Shown here piece after piece: positions 10,864-22,501 of a stretch of 60,172 nucleotides of DNA. The notes below the pieces were generated by a model that worked only from the letters and a program-made list of their open reading frames with translations, did no database searches and was not told the DNA's origin. The stretch spans positions 1 to 60,172 of the forward strand of contig FLMG01001246.1 of assembly GCA_900088475.1 (NCBI GenBank). The letters run 5' to 3'. Position 1 is the stretch's first letter. Each line of letters opens with the position of its first letter. This DNA comes from Hyphochytrium catenoides (taxonomy: Eukaryota > Protista > Hyphochytriomycota). Position numbers and translations under genes: made by a program.

Positions 10864-11076
10864 AAGGGGGCAGGCTTCACCCAAGGATCCTTCCAAACCT
10901 TGAGATCTCTTTGTAAAGGGAACTTCTTGTTGAGTGGTTCCACACAAACCAGTAATCTGATAATCACTGGAGGATCAGCTGTACTGATCTACCACACCTC
11001 AACCTTTGCAGCTCTGATTATCACAAAATATGACATAGCACAGTGACCGCAAACGGCCATGTTGGCTTTTTTTTTT
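10864..11076 (+). ncRNA. Candidate structured ncRNA, family unrecognised
   Basis: Nested stems plus two hairpins at 10912-11010, a terminal hairpin at 11031-11064, T10 at 11067-11076 and a TATA-like element at 10836-10840. See findings. Confidence 0.35.
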
Positions 11077-11451
11077 CCTTGTCAACGCTACGAAGGAAGA
11101 GTGTGAAAGGTCATGACAGACTGAAGCCACCGCTCTTCCTTCATCTTCGCAGTGCAGGACACAGATCATCGCCGATGATTGCAGCGGCCGCGTGACTGCC
11201 CCGAGGAGAAAGGTACAGACCGAAGACTCTGACGAGGAGGAAGGTGGAGCAGAGCTATACGTCAGTAAGAGAGGCTAGCAGCAGAGAAAGGTGACTAGCA
11301 CTCCCAGGGCCGGAAGCAGCAACCCATACGAGAGTCAATAGAAAGCCATGATCAGGCTATAACCCAAGCACTCTATTGAGAGAAAGAAGAGGCCTTTAGC
11401 TTTGGCCAAAAGCAGAAGCAGACGCAACGGCGCAGGTTCTCTTCCAATAAA

Positions 11452-14400
11452 ATGGCTGAAGATGAAGCCATCGGTTCTGCTACTCCCGGAGGGGGAGGAG
11501 ATGACTCTAACATCAAGGTCTTTCTTCGATGCAAGCCGACGAAGAAGGTAGCTATATTTGTCTGATGCATCCACGTGGCTATTTCTTGTCCTTCTCCTCT
11601 GCTACTCTCCTTATCCCTTCAGATGCGTCTAGCGGCGTCTCTAGCTGCCGCTGTTTTCTGCTAGCTTATCTATGAGCCAGAGTCTTAGCCCGCCGCTGGT
11701 CCTGGTAGGTCTCAGGCTACTTTAACGTGGAGCAGAACCTGGTCACCTTCGACATTCCTAAAGATGTCACAGAAGGATTTATCAACAACTCAAGAACGAA
11801 GTAAGTCTTTCCTTCCTCATACGATCGCAGTGACCTCACTGGCAGGCTCCTTTCCTTCATCCTTCGCCGTAGTCAAGCCCTTCACGTCCAACTCTTGCGG
11901 CTGTATTCTCCCTTGCGACATCGATTGGCTACTCTTATCCCTTACTCTCTCGCTTTCTCTCTCTCTCTCATTCCTTGTCGATATATCCCAAGGTTTCCTC
12001 CCTCGTCCATGCTACACTGTGTGTTTGACAACTTCATTCTTTAACTCAGATCTCTCTGCATGTTACACTTTGCATTCAGTCCCTCTTCTTATTCTCCTCT
12101 CTAACTCGAGGTTTCTCTGCCTTCGTCCTTCCTTAGCTACAAGTTCCGCTTCGACGGGGTCATCGGTATGGACTGTTCTCAAGAGAACGTCTTCAAAATG
12201 GTGGCTGAGCCTGTTATCCGAAGGTAAGTCGCAAGATGAGCAGTGAACGACCAGGTTTAGTTCTGCGCTGCCATTTTACTAAAAGATCTTTGTTTGGCAT
12301 GTTCTGTGACTTTGTCTGGCCTGTCTGGCTCTGCCACTCCATGTCCAACTTAGTCCTGCCTAGGCGTACTTACTGTGCTGATGGCCTACTCTTCTCTTCC
12401 TAACCTGATTGTCCCATGCCTATCTCTTGGACCGGACGGAAACTCCTGGCCCTTACTAGTGCGCTCGATGGGTACAACGCAACGATCTTTGCCTACGGCC
12501 AGACAGGTTCTGGAAAGACCTTCACCATCACTGGAGGGGCAGAGCGGTACACAGACAGAGGGATCATTCCTCGGACGCTATCATTTATCTTCAACGAGCA
12601 GAAGAAGGTTGCTACCTGCTTCCAATTGAGTACTCCATTCTACTATCTGTATATAGCTTCTCTGTCTTGCTTACTCATATGTATCCCATAACGATGGCCT
12701 CTCTCATAAGGGTCTTAGTGCCAGCGGTTGGCATCTATATCACTCACTTCGCAGGGGTGCGAAGTTCTTGCATCCTTCCTTCTTCTCCTGCTACGCTTGT
12801 CTTTCACTAAGGGGCCACGTTCTCCACACTAATTTGACCCACTCTTATCCTTTGGCTGCTGCCTTGTAGCGGACTGATGCTCAGTACACAGTCCACATCT
12901 CGTATATGGAGATTTATATGGAGAATGCCTACGATCTTCTTAATCAGAACAATGAGACCAGGAAGCTGGAAGACCTCCCGTGCGTCATCATCCCGTCTCC
13001 CCCACACGTTGTTTTCCTTTCTGGAATATGTTTCCTAACATCTTCTCGCCTTGGAGATGTCTCCTTTGATAGTCCACCTTTCTTAGGATAAGCTAGCTCA
13101 TCCCCATTATAGTCTAAGTTATCCCCCTGCTGGTTGATGCTACTTCCTCCCGTACAGCAAGGTGTCAATGTTGGAAGATGAGGACGGAAACATGCATATG
13201 AGGAATCTTTCAATGCATCTGGCCAGTTCGGAGGAAGAAGCTCTTAACCTCCTCTTCCTCGTAAGACATATAGCTTGTCTCACCTCAATCTACCGCTTGA
13301 TGTGTAATTCCCTAATAGTCGGTTCCTACCGTTAGACGAAGTAGGCCTAGGCCCTTCTACCAGCCAGACTTTCCACTCGAGAGCTTGCTAGTCTTCTCTT
13401 CCTTCTCGTGCTCACTTCCTTGTTCCGTCCGGTATTTGGTCTAATCGCCGCCACTGCGGCTGTTTGTACTAGGGTGATACCAACAGGGCAATCGGCGAGA
13501 CTCCAATGAACTTAGCATCAAGTCGATCGCATTGCATCTTCACCATCTCCATCCAGGTAATGACCGAAGAGCCCACACTGTCTTCTCTGTTCGATGCCCG
13601 CCTGGACGCTAGCTTTCCTACTTTTGTTCCAGATGTATTCCATGGCTGGCCGGTAAACTCTAACCTTGCGCCTACGTGTATGTGTCGTATTTTGTCAGGG
13701 GAGACGGGCAGGCTCGGATGTCATTACTCGCTCCAAGCTCCACCTTGTGGATCTGGCAGGGTACGGTTCAGTGACAGAAAGCCTATCCTCGTTCCCTTCT
13801 CTGGAGATTGACTCTATTTTAAATTACAACCTCATCTCAAAGCTATCCATCTAAGTTACAATCATTTGGCTAATGAGAGGCATATCTTTCGCCTGATCTG
13901 TGTCAATGATGTTGGTTTAATCCGTACAGCCTCCATCTTGTACTATAAACTAGCTTCTGAATGCTAAGGCGTGTTTCTACACCAGGGCCGATGACATACA
14001 TGTCTACGGCTTCATCTACCCCTACGGAGGCTAAAGGTCGTACTCTCTAACCCATACTTCTGCCTCTCCTCATAGTTCTGAGCGAGTACACAAGACTGGG
14101 GCAAAGGGCCAGCTGCTGTCGGAGTCAAAGTTCATTAACACCTCGCTTCACTACCTGGAGATGGTTATCGTTGCGCTGCATGAGAAGAACACCAAAGGAA
14201 GAACGCACATCCCTTACAGAAACTCAATGATGACTGCAGTGCTCAGGGATAGGTCAGTCTCTTCACCATTTGAATCATAGTCTCGTTGGTCTACTGCATT
14301 GGCAGATCAAGTTAGTTTGAGATATCCGTGGTCTAGCCCTATCAGTAACATTTGATATCTTAGGTCGTCAGTCCTCTTTCTTCTTACACCTAGGTTTTTG

Positions 14401-17400
14401 TTGGAGAACTTTCTTGTTTCTTGATCCTTTCGCAGAGAATCCTGTCGCTTATATCGTTTTGTCCGTCATCTTTCACCCCTAAACTACTGTCATAGTTTGG
14501 GAGGGAACTGCAGGACAGCGATGGTAGCAACTATTAGTGCTGAGAAGGAGCAGACAGAGGTCAGTCATCTGTCTAGAGTCTGCTTCTCCTCACTCATCCC
14601 CGGCAACTTCGTGCCGCAATGTTCCTATTGACTATAGTATGTAGTACTCTTTTGGAATGCCATCCTATTCCCCTCATCCTACCTCTGTCTTCGCTATTAC
14701 GCAAAACCAGGAATCTATTTCGACCTGTCGGTTTGCTCAGCGCGTGAGCATGGTGAAGAACAGTGCCGAGCTGAATGAGGAGGTGGATCCGCTGCAAGTC
14801 ATTCGAAGGCTTAAAGGAGAGATCGCCGCCCTCAGAGAGGAGCTCAGCTTTCTTAAGGGACAGACGGTAAGAGATATAGAACGACATGGTCAACAAGAAG
14901 AGGAGAGTGGACAGAGATAGAAGAAGAGGAGAAACGGGAGAGTATTGCTTCACTGCGTATCCAGTTCAATTCCTAGACTGTCCTTACCTCTCAAGCTTCT
15001 ATTCTAGCTGCCCTTTCATGCATTGGGAGGACTGAGGGTACGAAATCTTCCCATGGCTACGCTGTTCCGGCTAACTCTATGCTCTCATTCTCTTGCAGCC
15101 TGAAGGAGCAGAGCTGGACAATGACCAGAAGGAGAAACTAGAAAGCCAGGTGGGCAGGCAAAGATGATTAGAGGAAAGAAACAGTGTTGCATTTAAGAGC
15201 GGCGGGACTCTGGACACACATGGGAGAAGAGAAAGAAAGAGTGAGGACAGGAGAGAGACAAATGAGCGCGAGCAAGAGTACGGTGGAACAGTTAGGATTT
15301 CTCTATCATTCTCTCGAAATTAACATCCCCTGTTATCAGTTAAAAGCTTACCTGGACGACTATGATCCCAACGCTCTTCCACCAGTGGGAGACTTAACCT
15401 TTGCCAAGATCAGGGAGTGCTTTAAGGTTCTGAAGGTAAGATGATCAAGCCTGTGTATGATGCGGAAAAACAAATCTCAGCTTTGAGAGCGAAGAGGAGG
15501 CCAATGACGGGGGGTGGAGCTGGAAGGAAATGAGATGAGAGACAAGGGCAAACTTTGTGGGGCAATGTAAAGAGATAAATCAGAGCAGATTTTCAATCAG
15601 AGATACAGAACAAAACGGTAGCGCCAAAAGAATGGTTCAGATAGGTAATGAGAGAAGAAGAAAGACGAAGGAAGGTTGATTAAGCCTATCTGTCGCTCTT
15701 TCGTCATACATAACAGAGGCTTACATTGGAGGCTCGAAGTTCAGGGGGAGGAGGTGGTGGCGGCCGCGGACAGAATGGCACAGGACAAGCTGTGACTCAA
15801 GACTCTGCAGCGGTGAGGCGGCGTGGTCCTAACACTCTCGATGGCCATCGTCTTCCCATTCAGGCTCGCTTTTGCTTCTTCCTATTTGCAATCTCTTCAA
15901 CTCTCTCTTTCTGTCTATTTTTCGTCCCATGGGTTTGTTAGAACGTCGACTGTCTTGCAACTAAGTCTCTTTCTTTTACTAAGCTGACTTACTTTCCTTT
16001 CGAGACAGACTCTGGAAGAACTGCAAAGGTTGCGCGAGGCCTTGGCACAGAGGGACAACGAAATAGCAATTTTAGTGAACATGATCCGCAAAGTAAGAAG
16101 AAAAAGAAGAAAATGGCAGTTCTATAAGCGGAAAGAACGAAAGAACTCTCGTCCTGGCGGAAGGAGAGACTGAAGAAGAGACAGAAAGAGAGGGACGGAA
16201 AAGGGGGCATGAAAGGATAGCCACGCTTGTCGATACCTCTATTTTTATTCACAGCTGACACTCTTTCCTTAGGGAGGAGGCACAGTGCCCAACGACATCC
16301 AAATAGTCCCTCTCTCTCCTTCTGGTCAAGCTATGAAGTCAAGTCACAAAGGAGGCGTGGGCGGAGGAGACTCCGAAGCCTTTCTCCCTCCCTCCATTCC
16401 TCCTGAAGTTCTCAAGGATCCCACGAAGGCCTTCGAGCTCTTCAAGCAGCATTATCCTAAGAACAATGTAGGAAGCTCCTCTCGATGCTCCGTCTCTATT
16501 TGCCGAAGCTCTACTATCTAATGACCTCTATCTTCTCTGCCGAAGACAGCAGTAATTTGGGTGCAGATGGCTCAGCATCTTCTCTTTTGCATTCTTATCT
16601 CGTATAGATAATTAACGATAACAAGCGGATCCTCAAGGAGAAGTACAATGAAGCGAAAGCAATGGGAGAGAGAGTCAACAGCGCCAGAGCAGCCATCAAC
16701 GAGAAGAAGAAGATCATAGAAGAGCTTAGAGAAAAAAGAGCAGTCCAGGTAAAGTCGCTACCTTTTAGCCACTCCTAGTCTTGTCATCTCCCTATCAGCA
16801 CCTCGTCCGCTATATGTAGTGCCCCTCTCATAGTTTCATCCGTAGCAGCTCCCCTCAAACGTTGTCCTTCGCTCAACTCTCCTTCTTAACTTGCAGGCAG
16901 CAGTTGGAGGCGGCGAAGATATTCCCTCGCCTGAGGAGGCTGCGCAGATGGCAGAGATGGAGAAGGAGAAGAAGGTAGACCAATGCTCTTTATCACTCTC
17001 TTTTTCCTCATCAGTCCGAGGACCCGATTATGTAGTTCTGCCTTGACAACATCTTCCCATTCTTCCTGTTCTCTCTCTCTCTGTCCGTGATGGCGCATCA
17101 TCTAAATTCTATGACTCTGACTCCGCCGACCCAGGTGTACAAAGATAGCTTCCAGCAGCTGCGAGAGCTGAAGTCCGAGATAGAAAACATACAGAAAATT
17201 TTAGAAAAGAGCAGGCAAAAGCTGCAACAGGACTTCGACAGCTGGTGGCAGACGCTATCCAAACAGCTAGGGGCAGAGGAGAAGGTGTGGATCGACTCAG
17301 CTCTTCCAATTCTATGCCCGCTGCCAGAGTGTCTGCCTATGCCTTCTCTCCACTGTATCTGTCTGTCTCTGGGATCCCTCAACGGATCGTGGTAGGCCAG

Positions 17401-18245
17401 CGCATTCTGTGAAGACCTTCACGCGCATCTTCGACAACTCTATCTTGTGTTCGGTTCATAATGCTATCTTCTTCTTCATTTCTAACGAAGTTTTCCTTCT
17501 CTGCTCAGCCGCCTGCGCCAAAGGAGGCATGGAACAACTCCGTCCCTGCTAGTCCCACTGGAAGCATGGCCAGCACTGCGCCGACAGTGAGCAGCAGCAG
17601 TTCTAGAGCGTCTTCCAATCTCTATTCTTCTGGGTCCGTTCTCTCTCCTAGGGGCTCTCTTGCCTCTGGCTTCCCCTCTTCTCCCTCCTCCAGTACCGTT
17701 TCGGCGACCTCTAGCCAGTTGAGGTGAGGAGAGTTCCTTCTACTCTGCAATAACAAGGCTGTGGTGGCACTGAATAAGTCAACCTAGGGGGTTCCTTTGA
17801 ATCTCCCGCTGCCTTCTCTCTCTCTCTCTCTCTCTCTNNNNNNNNNNNNNNNNNNNNNNNNNNNNNTCTCTTTCTCTCTCTCTCTCTCTCACACACACAC
17901 ACGCCCTACACACACTCTCTCTTTCGGTCTTTCTTTTTTTCTCTCTCCCTCTCTGTCTTGCAACTAACGCTGCGTTCGAACTTCAGGCCCTCCTTCACGC
18001 CTCGAGGCTCCTACTCCTCCTCATCAACCGCATCTGCAGGCCAGGGCGAAAAGGTTTTAAGTCCTCGACGATCCTCCAGAACTTCTATGGATGGGGAATC
18101 AAGCAGTGGAGCACGAGAAAGAAAAGAGATCCCCGGCCCATCTGCCTCAGACTCTGTCGATGAGGACATTTCTGCCTTTTATAAAGCCAAGCAACTGCTT
18201 CTCAAGCGGCACGCTCAAGGTTCTAACAGCACTGGTAGTCGTTGA
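11452..18245 (+). CDS. KIF6: Kinesin-9 family motor, KIF6-like (21 exons)
   Basis: The spliced motor domain has [51 protein letters not shown] and [20 protein letters not shown]. The tail has KIF6-type [20 protein letters not shown] and [12 protein letters not shown] motifs. All 20 introns are GT-AG and phase-consistent. Confidence 0.95.
17815..17901. repeat. (TC)n/(AC)n microsatellite with small N-gap in the last KIF6 intron
   Basis: Directly visible. Confidence 0.9.
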
Positions 18246-18790
18246 GAAGGGACATCATGAGGGGCAACGATCACGAGGGCAGAGGATTGAAGGCTACCGT
18301 TCTCTCCTTTCTCTTCCTCTTCTCACCTTATCTCTAATCATGCTACCACTGACGTGATTTAGTCGTGGTTAGAAGTAAGATGTCGGAAAGAGTAAGAAGG
18401 CGACGCTACCGCTTCATCACAGCTATTCAAGGTCTCACTCGTCGCAGACGCTATGGTAGCTTCTAAGGGATTTAGCATGCTCTAGAGCACGCGAATAGAG
18501 ACTTTCAGGCGTCACAGTCGTCGTACCTAAAATCTCACCTCTATGTGCCTCTCCCTCCTAACATATGCAAAGGAGTCTTCTTTATTCATTCTAGTTCTCA
18601 TGATACCTCGAGCTAAGGATAGCAGGTGCTGGGGCAGATAAATAACTAATAAATTATTGGATTGACTATCCACTGTGGACGGAGGGCAAGGGATTAAGGT
18701 ATCACAGAGCTAACGGCTTGCATGGCATTCAACTTCACAAAGACTCTATCTTACGCGCAGTTAGCCGCAGCTTCTCCTTTGTGGCACCTC

Positions 18791-21535
18791 TTATCCCTGT
18801 CTTTTGCGAAGAAATGCGTAGCTTGCAAAGGCAAAACCGACGATCGCCATGCCAACCGTAAGGCCAAGAAGCACTGCCCAAACCTTGTCAGTGCCCTTCA
18901 GCCCGGGTGTGCTACTTGAGGACGAAGGAGAGGAGTCCTCTGATGTCCTGCTATTCGTATAGTGCTGATAGAGGTTACTCTTTCTGAGCTTGCCATTCTC
19001 CACTCTAGCTGCTGTTCTATCTTCTACATTCTTGCTCTCTTGGCCCTTGATCCCCGCCCACATGGTCGTCTCTCCCCCACAGGCCTTGTACCGCCGCTGG
19101 GCTAAGCTCTGGTATTTGCCGGTACCTACAATCTCATAGATCGTGTACGGACCAGCCAAAGGGCGCCAGAGAGGAAGATGGAAGTGTCCGGGCTTCTGGT
19201 ACCACTCATAGGGCAAAGAATGTGGGCTCTTCCCTATATAGACCTCCAGAAAGGTGAAAGAGGTGGTAGACTTATGGAACATTGGCATAATGGCACGGGT
19301 CAGCTCCTTCTCCATCGTCTTCCCACCTGAGACGAGGTAGCCAGCTGCATATGCAGTCAGCACCTCCCTAAGGAAAATGTCTTGGCTAAAGATCATTCCC
19401 CCGGAGAAGGAAGACGAGTCAAGCGGAGACGAAGATGAGCCGCCGTAGGTGACAATCTGGGCAGAGTCCGTGGCGAGGAGCTTGGTCATGAAGAGACTGC
19501 ATGTGCTGCCACAGAGTCCATCTGAGAGAACAATGACCTCAATGTCACTTGTCGAAGGAGCTTCTTTGAGAAGAGAAAGCCAGTTGGGACCCTCCCCTTT
19601 AGCTCCCTCAGAAGAGAAGAGCTCTTCTAGCCCTCCCATCAACATCTTGGGGGTGTACATCCCCTTGACTCCCCCTCTCATGTGCTCCTCTGCATTGTCT
19701 AGCACATACTTGGCAATGTTCTCTATGCGCTTGCCGTCCGCAGTGTACCTGGTCAAGCCAGTTGAGAAGGGTCCCCACCCAGACTCCTCGCCTTCGTTAG
19801 TATAGTAGGCCCACAGGTCCTTCCTCACTTCAAGGAAGGCAGCTTGCAGCTCTTCCAGAGACATTTTAACTACCGCTGCAGGTGGTAAGAGCTCCCGCAA
19901 GCGGCTAATCAGAGTAGACATAGAGTCATGGTGACCCTGCCAGACGAGGTCACAAAGATCAAGCAGGGACTCCCAATCATCCTGAAATTCCCTGAGGACA
20001 GTCTCTGAAAGAGGAACCGTAGCATCCTGCTCGGAGAGGGAGCCATACAGCTTCAACCAGGACTGCCAAAACTCTGAAAGTCTGATATCCACGGGATCCT
20101 GCAGCCTTTCCATAGTGTTCAAGTTTTTGTTGAGCGCATACACTAGCGCATTCCCGTAGATAATATTTCCACCCGTGTTTCCTGCCATGTCAACAATCAA
20201 GCGCTTGGAAGACGTTGCTTTGGCCATTTCTATCGCCTTGTAGAGAAGCTCTAGCACGCAGTTCATCATCTCACCAGAGCTTTGGCAGTTGTTCTTAGAG
20301 CTATCATCCCACATAAAGGTGCTAAGGTAGAAAACAGGAGTTTCTCCTGCCTTCAAGAGATTGGCAAATCTTCCATCGATGGTAGACTCAACATAGGCCA
20401 CGGTCTCCACTCCCCCTTCCTCTAGTTCACTGAGGTGCCTCCTCTGATACGCTTTAGATCGCTCTTTCTCCTCTTCCGCATGCCTTCTCATAATCTGTAG
20501 ATGGCCTAAGAGCCGCCTACCGGTGCTTCCCGGTTGTCCATCCGCATCTTCTAGCTCAAAGATTTCCCAGAATTGTTTTGCCATTGGACTTATTCCTCCT
20601 AGAATCTCTTCAAGTGCCGCCATCGAGTCCACCTTTACATCACCTTGGTCTATCCGATAGACTCCGGCTACCTCTATCTTCAGAGAGGTTCCGTCCGCGA
20701 ACTCATAGACCTCAAAGTCTTCCTCAGGAAGATAAATGGCTATGGGTTCGAGGTGCTCTCCCAGAGCGGCATCCCTGAGAAGGTGATTGAGACGCACCCC
20801 TTCATCTTTGTACAGTCCCACACGTTGAGCCATCTCGTTAACATACTGCCTGACAGGCATTCCGTTGACCTTTACCAACTCTTTCTGCGCTAACACCTCA
20901 GGCTCGTAGAGCTCTTTGGGTCCTTGAAAGGCCTCCCTGTAAGCCGTCATCTGCTGCTTACACTGAGTACACGAAGGGGCCATATCGATGAGGGAGTGCA
21001 GCCTATAGTGCTCCTTGCATCCATTCTCTTCCCATTGAATGGAAAAAAAGACCGGTCGCTGGACGTAGAATGGAAGCGAAGGTAGGTACCGCGTGTGAGC
21101 GTCTTGTAGAGAGTTATACAGCTGAGTAACTTTGGCTTGAACGCTGTATGCAGAGGTATTGCTCGTCGAAGCCTTTGTAATGAGTCTGTCAAGCTCCTCA
21201 TTAAAGTTAACAGAGAGCTTGTAGGGTTTCCACTGAGGGAAAGGGATCTCATTGTCGTCAGTGTTGGAGGAATCCTGGACTAAGTCACCAAAGGCGTACA
21301 ACTGAGAGAGGTAGGTCTTCAGAGACTTCAAGCCCCTCACAGTAGCGCCAGGATTATTGTCTGGGATACTCTCAACACACTGCCGAAGACGATTGAGGGG
21401 CACGTACTGCCACGAGTTGAACACCTTCGAGGGGTCATAAATGGCGCAAGGGTCGCTAGAGGCTGCTTCTGCTGCGACAACGCTATGCTTCAGAAAAAAG
21501 GCAATTACCGACACAAAGAGAATACAGAGCTTCAT
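18791..21535 (-). CDS. Secreted, C-terminally membrane-anchored peptidase S41-family protein, single exon
   Basis: Signal peptide; L.DAHT motif; LIVDMAGNTGG (DLRxNxGG-like); LSDGLCGSTCSLF catalytic-Ser region; IVTYGG; C-terminal TM helix with basic tail RKRQG. Confidence 0.85.
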   Translation of the reverse strand: MKLCILFVSVIAFFLKHSVVAAEAASSDPCAIYDPSKVFNSWQYVPLNRLRQCVESIPDNNPGATVRGLKSLKTYLSQLYAFGDLVQDSSNTDDNEIPFPQWKPYKLSVNFNEELDRLITKASTSNTSAYSVQAKVTQLYNSLQDAHTRYLPSLPFYVQRPVFFSIQWEENGCKEHYRLHSLIDMAPSCTQCKQQMTAYREAFQGPKELYEPEVLAQKELVKVNGMPVRQYVNEMAQRVGLYKDEGVRLNHLLRDAALGEHLEPIAIYLPEEDFEVYEFADGTSLKIEVAGVYRIDQGDVKVDSMAALEEILGGISPMAKQFWEIFELEDADGQPGSTGRRLLGHLQIMRRHAEEEKERSKAYQRRHLSELEEGGVETVAYVESTIDGRFANLLKAGETPVFYLSTFMWDDSSKNNCQSSGEMMNCVLELLYKAIEMAKATSSKRLIVDMAGNTGGNIIYGNALVYALNKNLNTMERLQDPVDIRLSEFWQSWLKLYGSLSEQDATVPLSETVLREFQDDWESLLDLCDLVWQGHHDSMSTLISRLRELLPPAAVVKMSLEELQAAFLEVRKDLWAYYTNEGEESGWGPFSTGLTRYTADGKRIENIAKYVLDNAEEHMRGGVKGMYTPKMLMGGLEELFSSEGAKGEGPNWLSLLKEAPSTSDIEVIVLSDGLCGSTCSLFMTKLLATDSAQIVTYGGSSSSPLDSSSFSGGMIFSQDIFLREVLTAYAAGYLVSGGKTMEKELTRAIMPMFHKSTTSFTFLEVYIGKSPHSLPYEWYQKPGHFHLPLWRPLAGPYTIYEIVGTGKYQSLAQRRYKACGGETTMWAGIKGQESKNVEDRTAARVENGKLRKSNLYQHYTNSRTSEDSSPSSSSSTPGLKGTDKVWAVLLGLTVGMAIVGFAFASYAFLRKRQG

Positions 21536-21920
21536 AATGCGGGACAGACCGTACTGCTCCCCGCTATTCCCGTTGGGAGTTGCGTAAGAACTTTTAACTG
21601 TTCCGAGATGCTATCTTACTTTTCCTCCTGTTTTGCAAAAGTGATAGTCTTATGCCCACATAAGAATTTTGAAATATGAGTCCTAACTTTGAATTGACAG
21701 AACCTGGAACTGCAGTGCATTACTTAACGAGCGTATAGAACCCAAGCCAGGAATGAAGAGATCATTGCGGCTTCAGTCTCCAAGTCTGCAAGTCACAATC
21801 TTCAGGAAGATGAGCGAGGTTCTTCAGAGTTTTTAGAGTAGGACAAGCAATTTATTGTGGAAAGGTGAGGCGGGAGAGCGGCTAACGTCCGCGGTCAAGA
21901 GAAGTCAAGGTTGCGGTGGG

Positions 21921-22205
21921 CTCTGATTGGTAGAAAGGGAAGAGATATCTTTCTCTATTGACCAATCATATGGAGTTAATGATGTTCTTTAGTCATACCT
22001 AAGAATATCAGCCAATTAAAGTCTTCCATTAGTTCTTAGGCGCTCAAAGAAAGATATTGATTGGTCAAGAGGTTTTTAAAATGGTCAGTCTAAGGACCAA
22101 TCAAGTATGGTCTTTCAGGCATCATCAAGTGCTCCAGTCAAAAAGTTAGAGATCTTTCCGTAACCGCGTCTCTACCAGTTCTTTGGGACCATAAACCGCG
22201 TCTCT
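21921..22205. promoter_or_regulatory. Bidirectional promoter with five CCAAT boxes and an AACCGCGTCTCT direct repeat
   Basis: ATTGG 21926, CCAAT 21962, CCAAT 22012, ATTGG 22060, CCAAT 22097, mostly in RRCCAATCA (NF-Y-type) context. The 12-mer repeats at 22162 and 22194. Confidence 0.6.
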
Positions 22206-22501
22206 CCACAGATTGTGGTCAAGCGCCCTCTTTTGTCTAGCTCTTGCAGCTTTAGCTAGGAGCCAAATAAACGAGCCAGGCGTCTTCTCTTCTCAGCAAC
22301 AGCTCTGCACCACTGTCCTTTCAAGAACGGTCGCCTCTCTGTAAGTATACCTCTTGTTGCTCCAGACTTGACGTGAACATCTGACCTACTCCAAGCCTCT
22401 CATTCACAGTTTTCCAGCTTCCAGACAACATCCACAACCCAATCAACCCCCATCAGCCGCGAAGATCTTTCTCAAGACAACTGTCTACCAAACAATTCAA
22501 G

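Noticed and set aside
10911-10945. Resemblance of AAAGGGAACTTCTTGTTGAGTGG to the U11 snRNA 5' end, or of the UGUAA hairpin to an SRP Alu domain
   Set aside because: There is no Sm site at the required position and no SRP helix 6/8 motifs. It is kept only as an unassigned ncRNA candidate.
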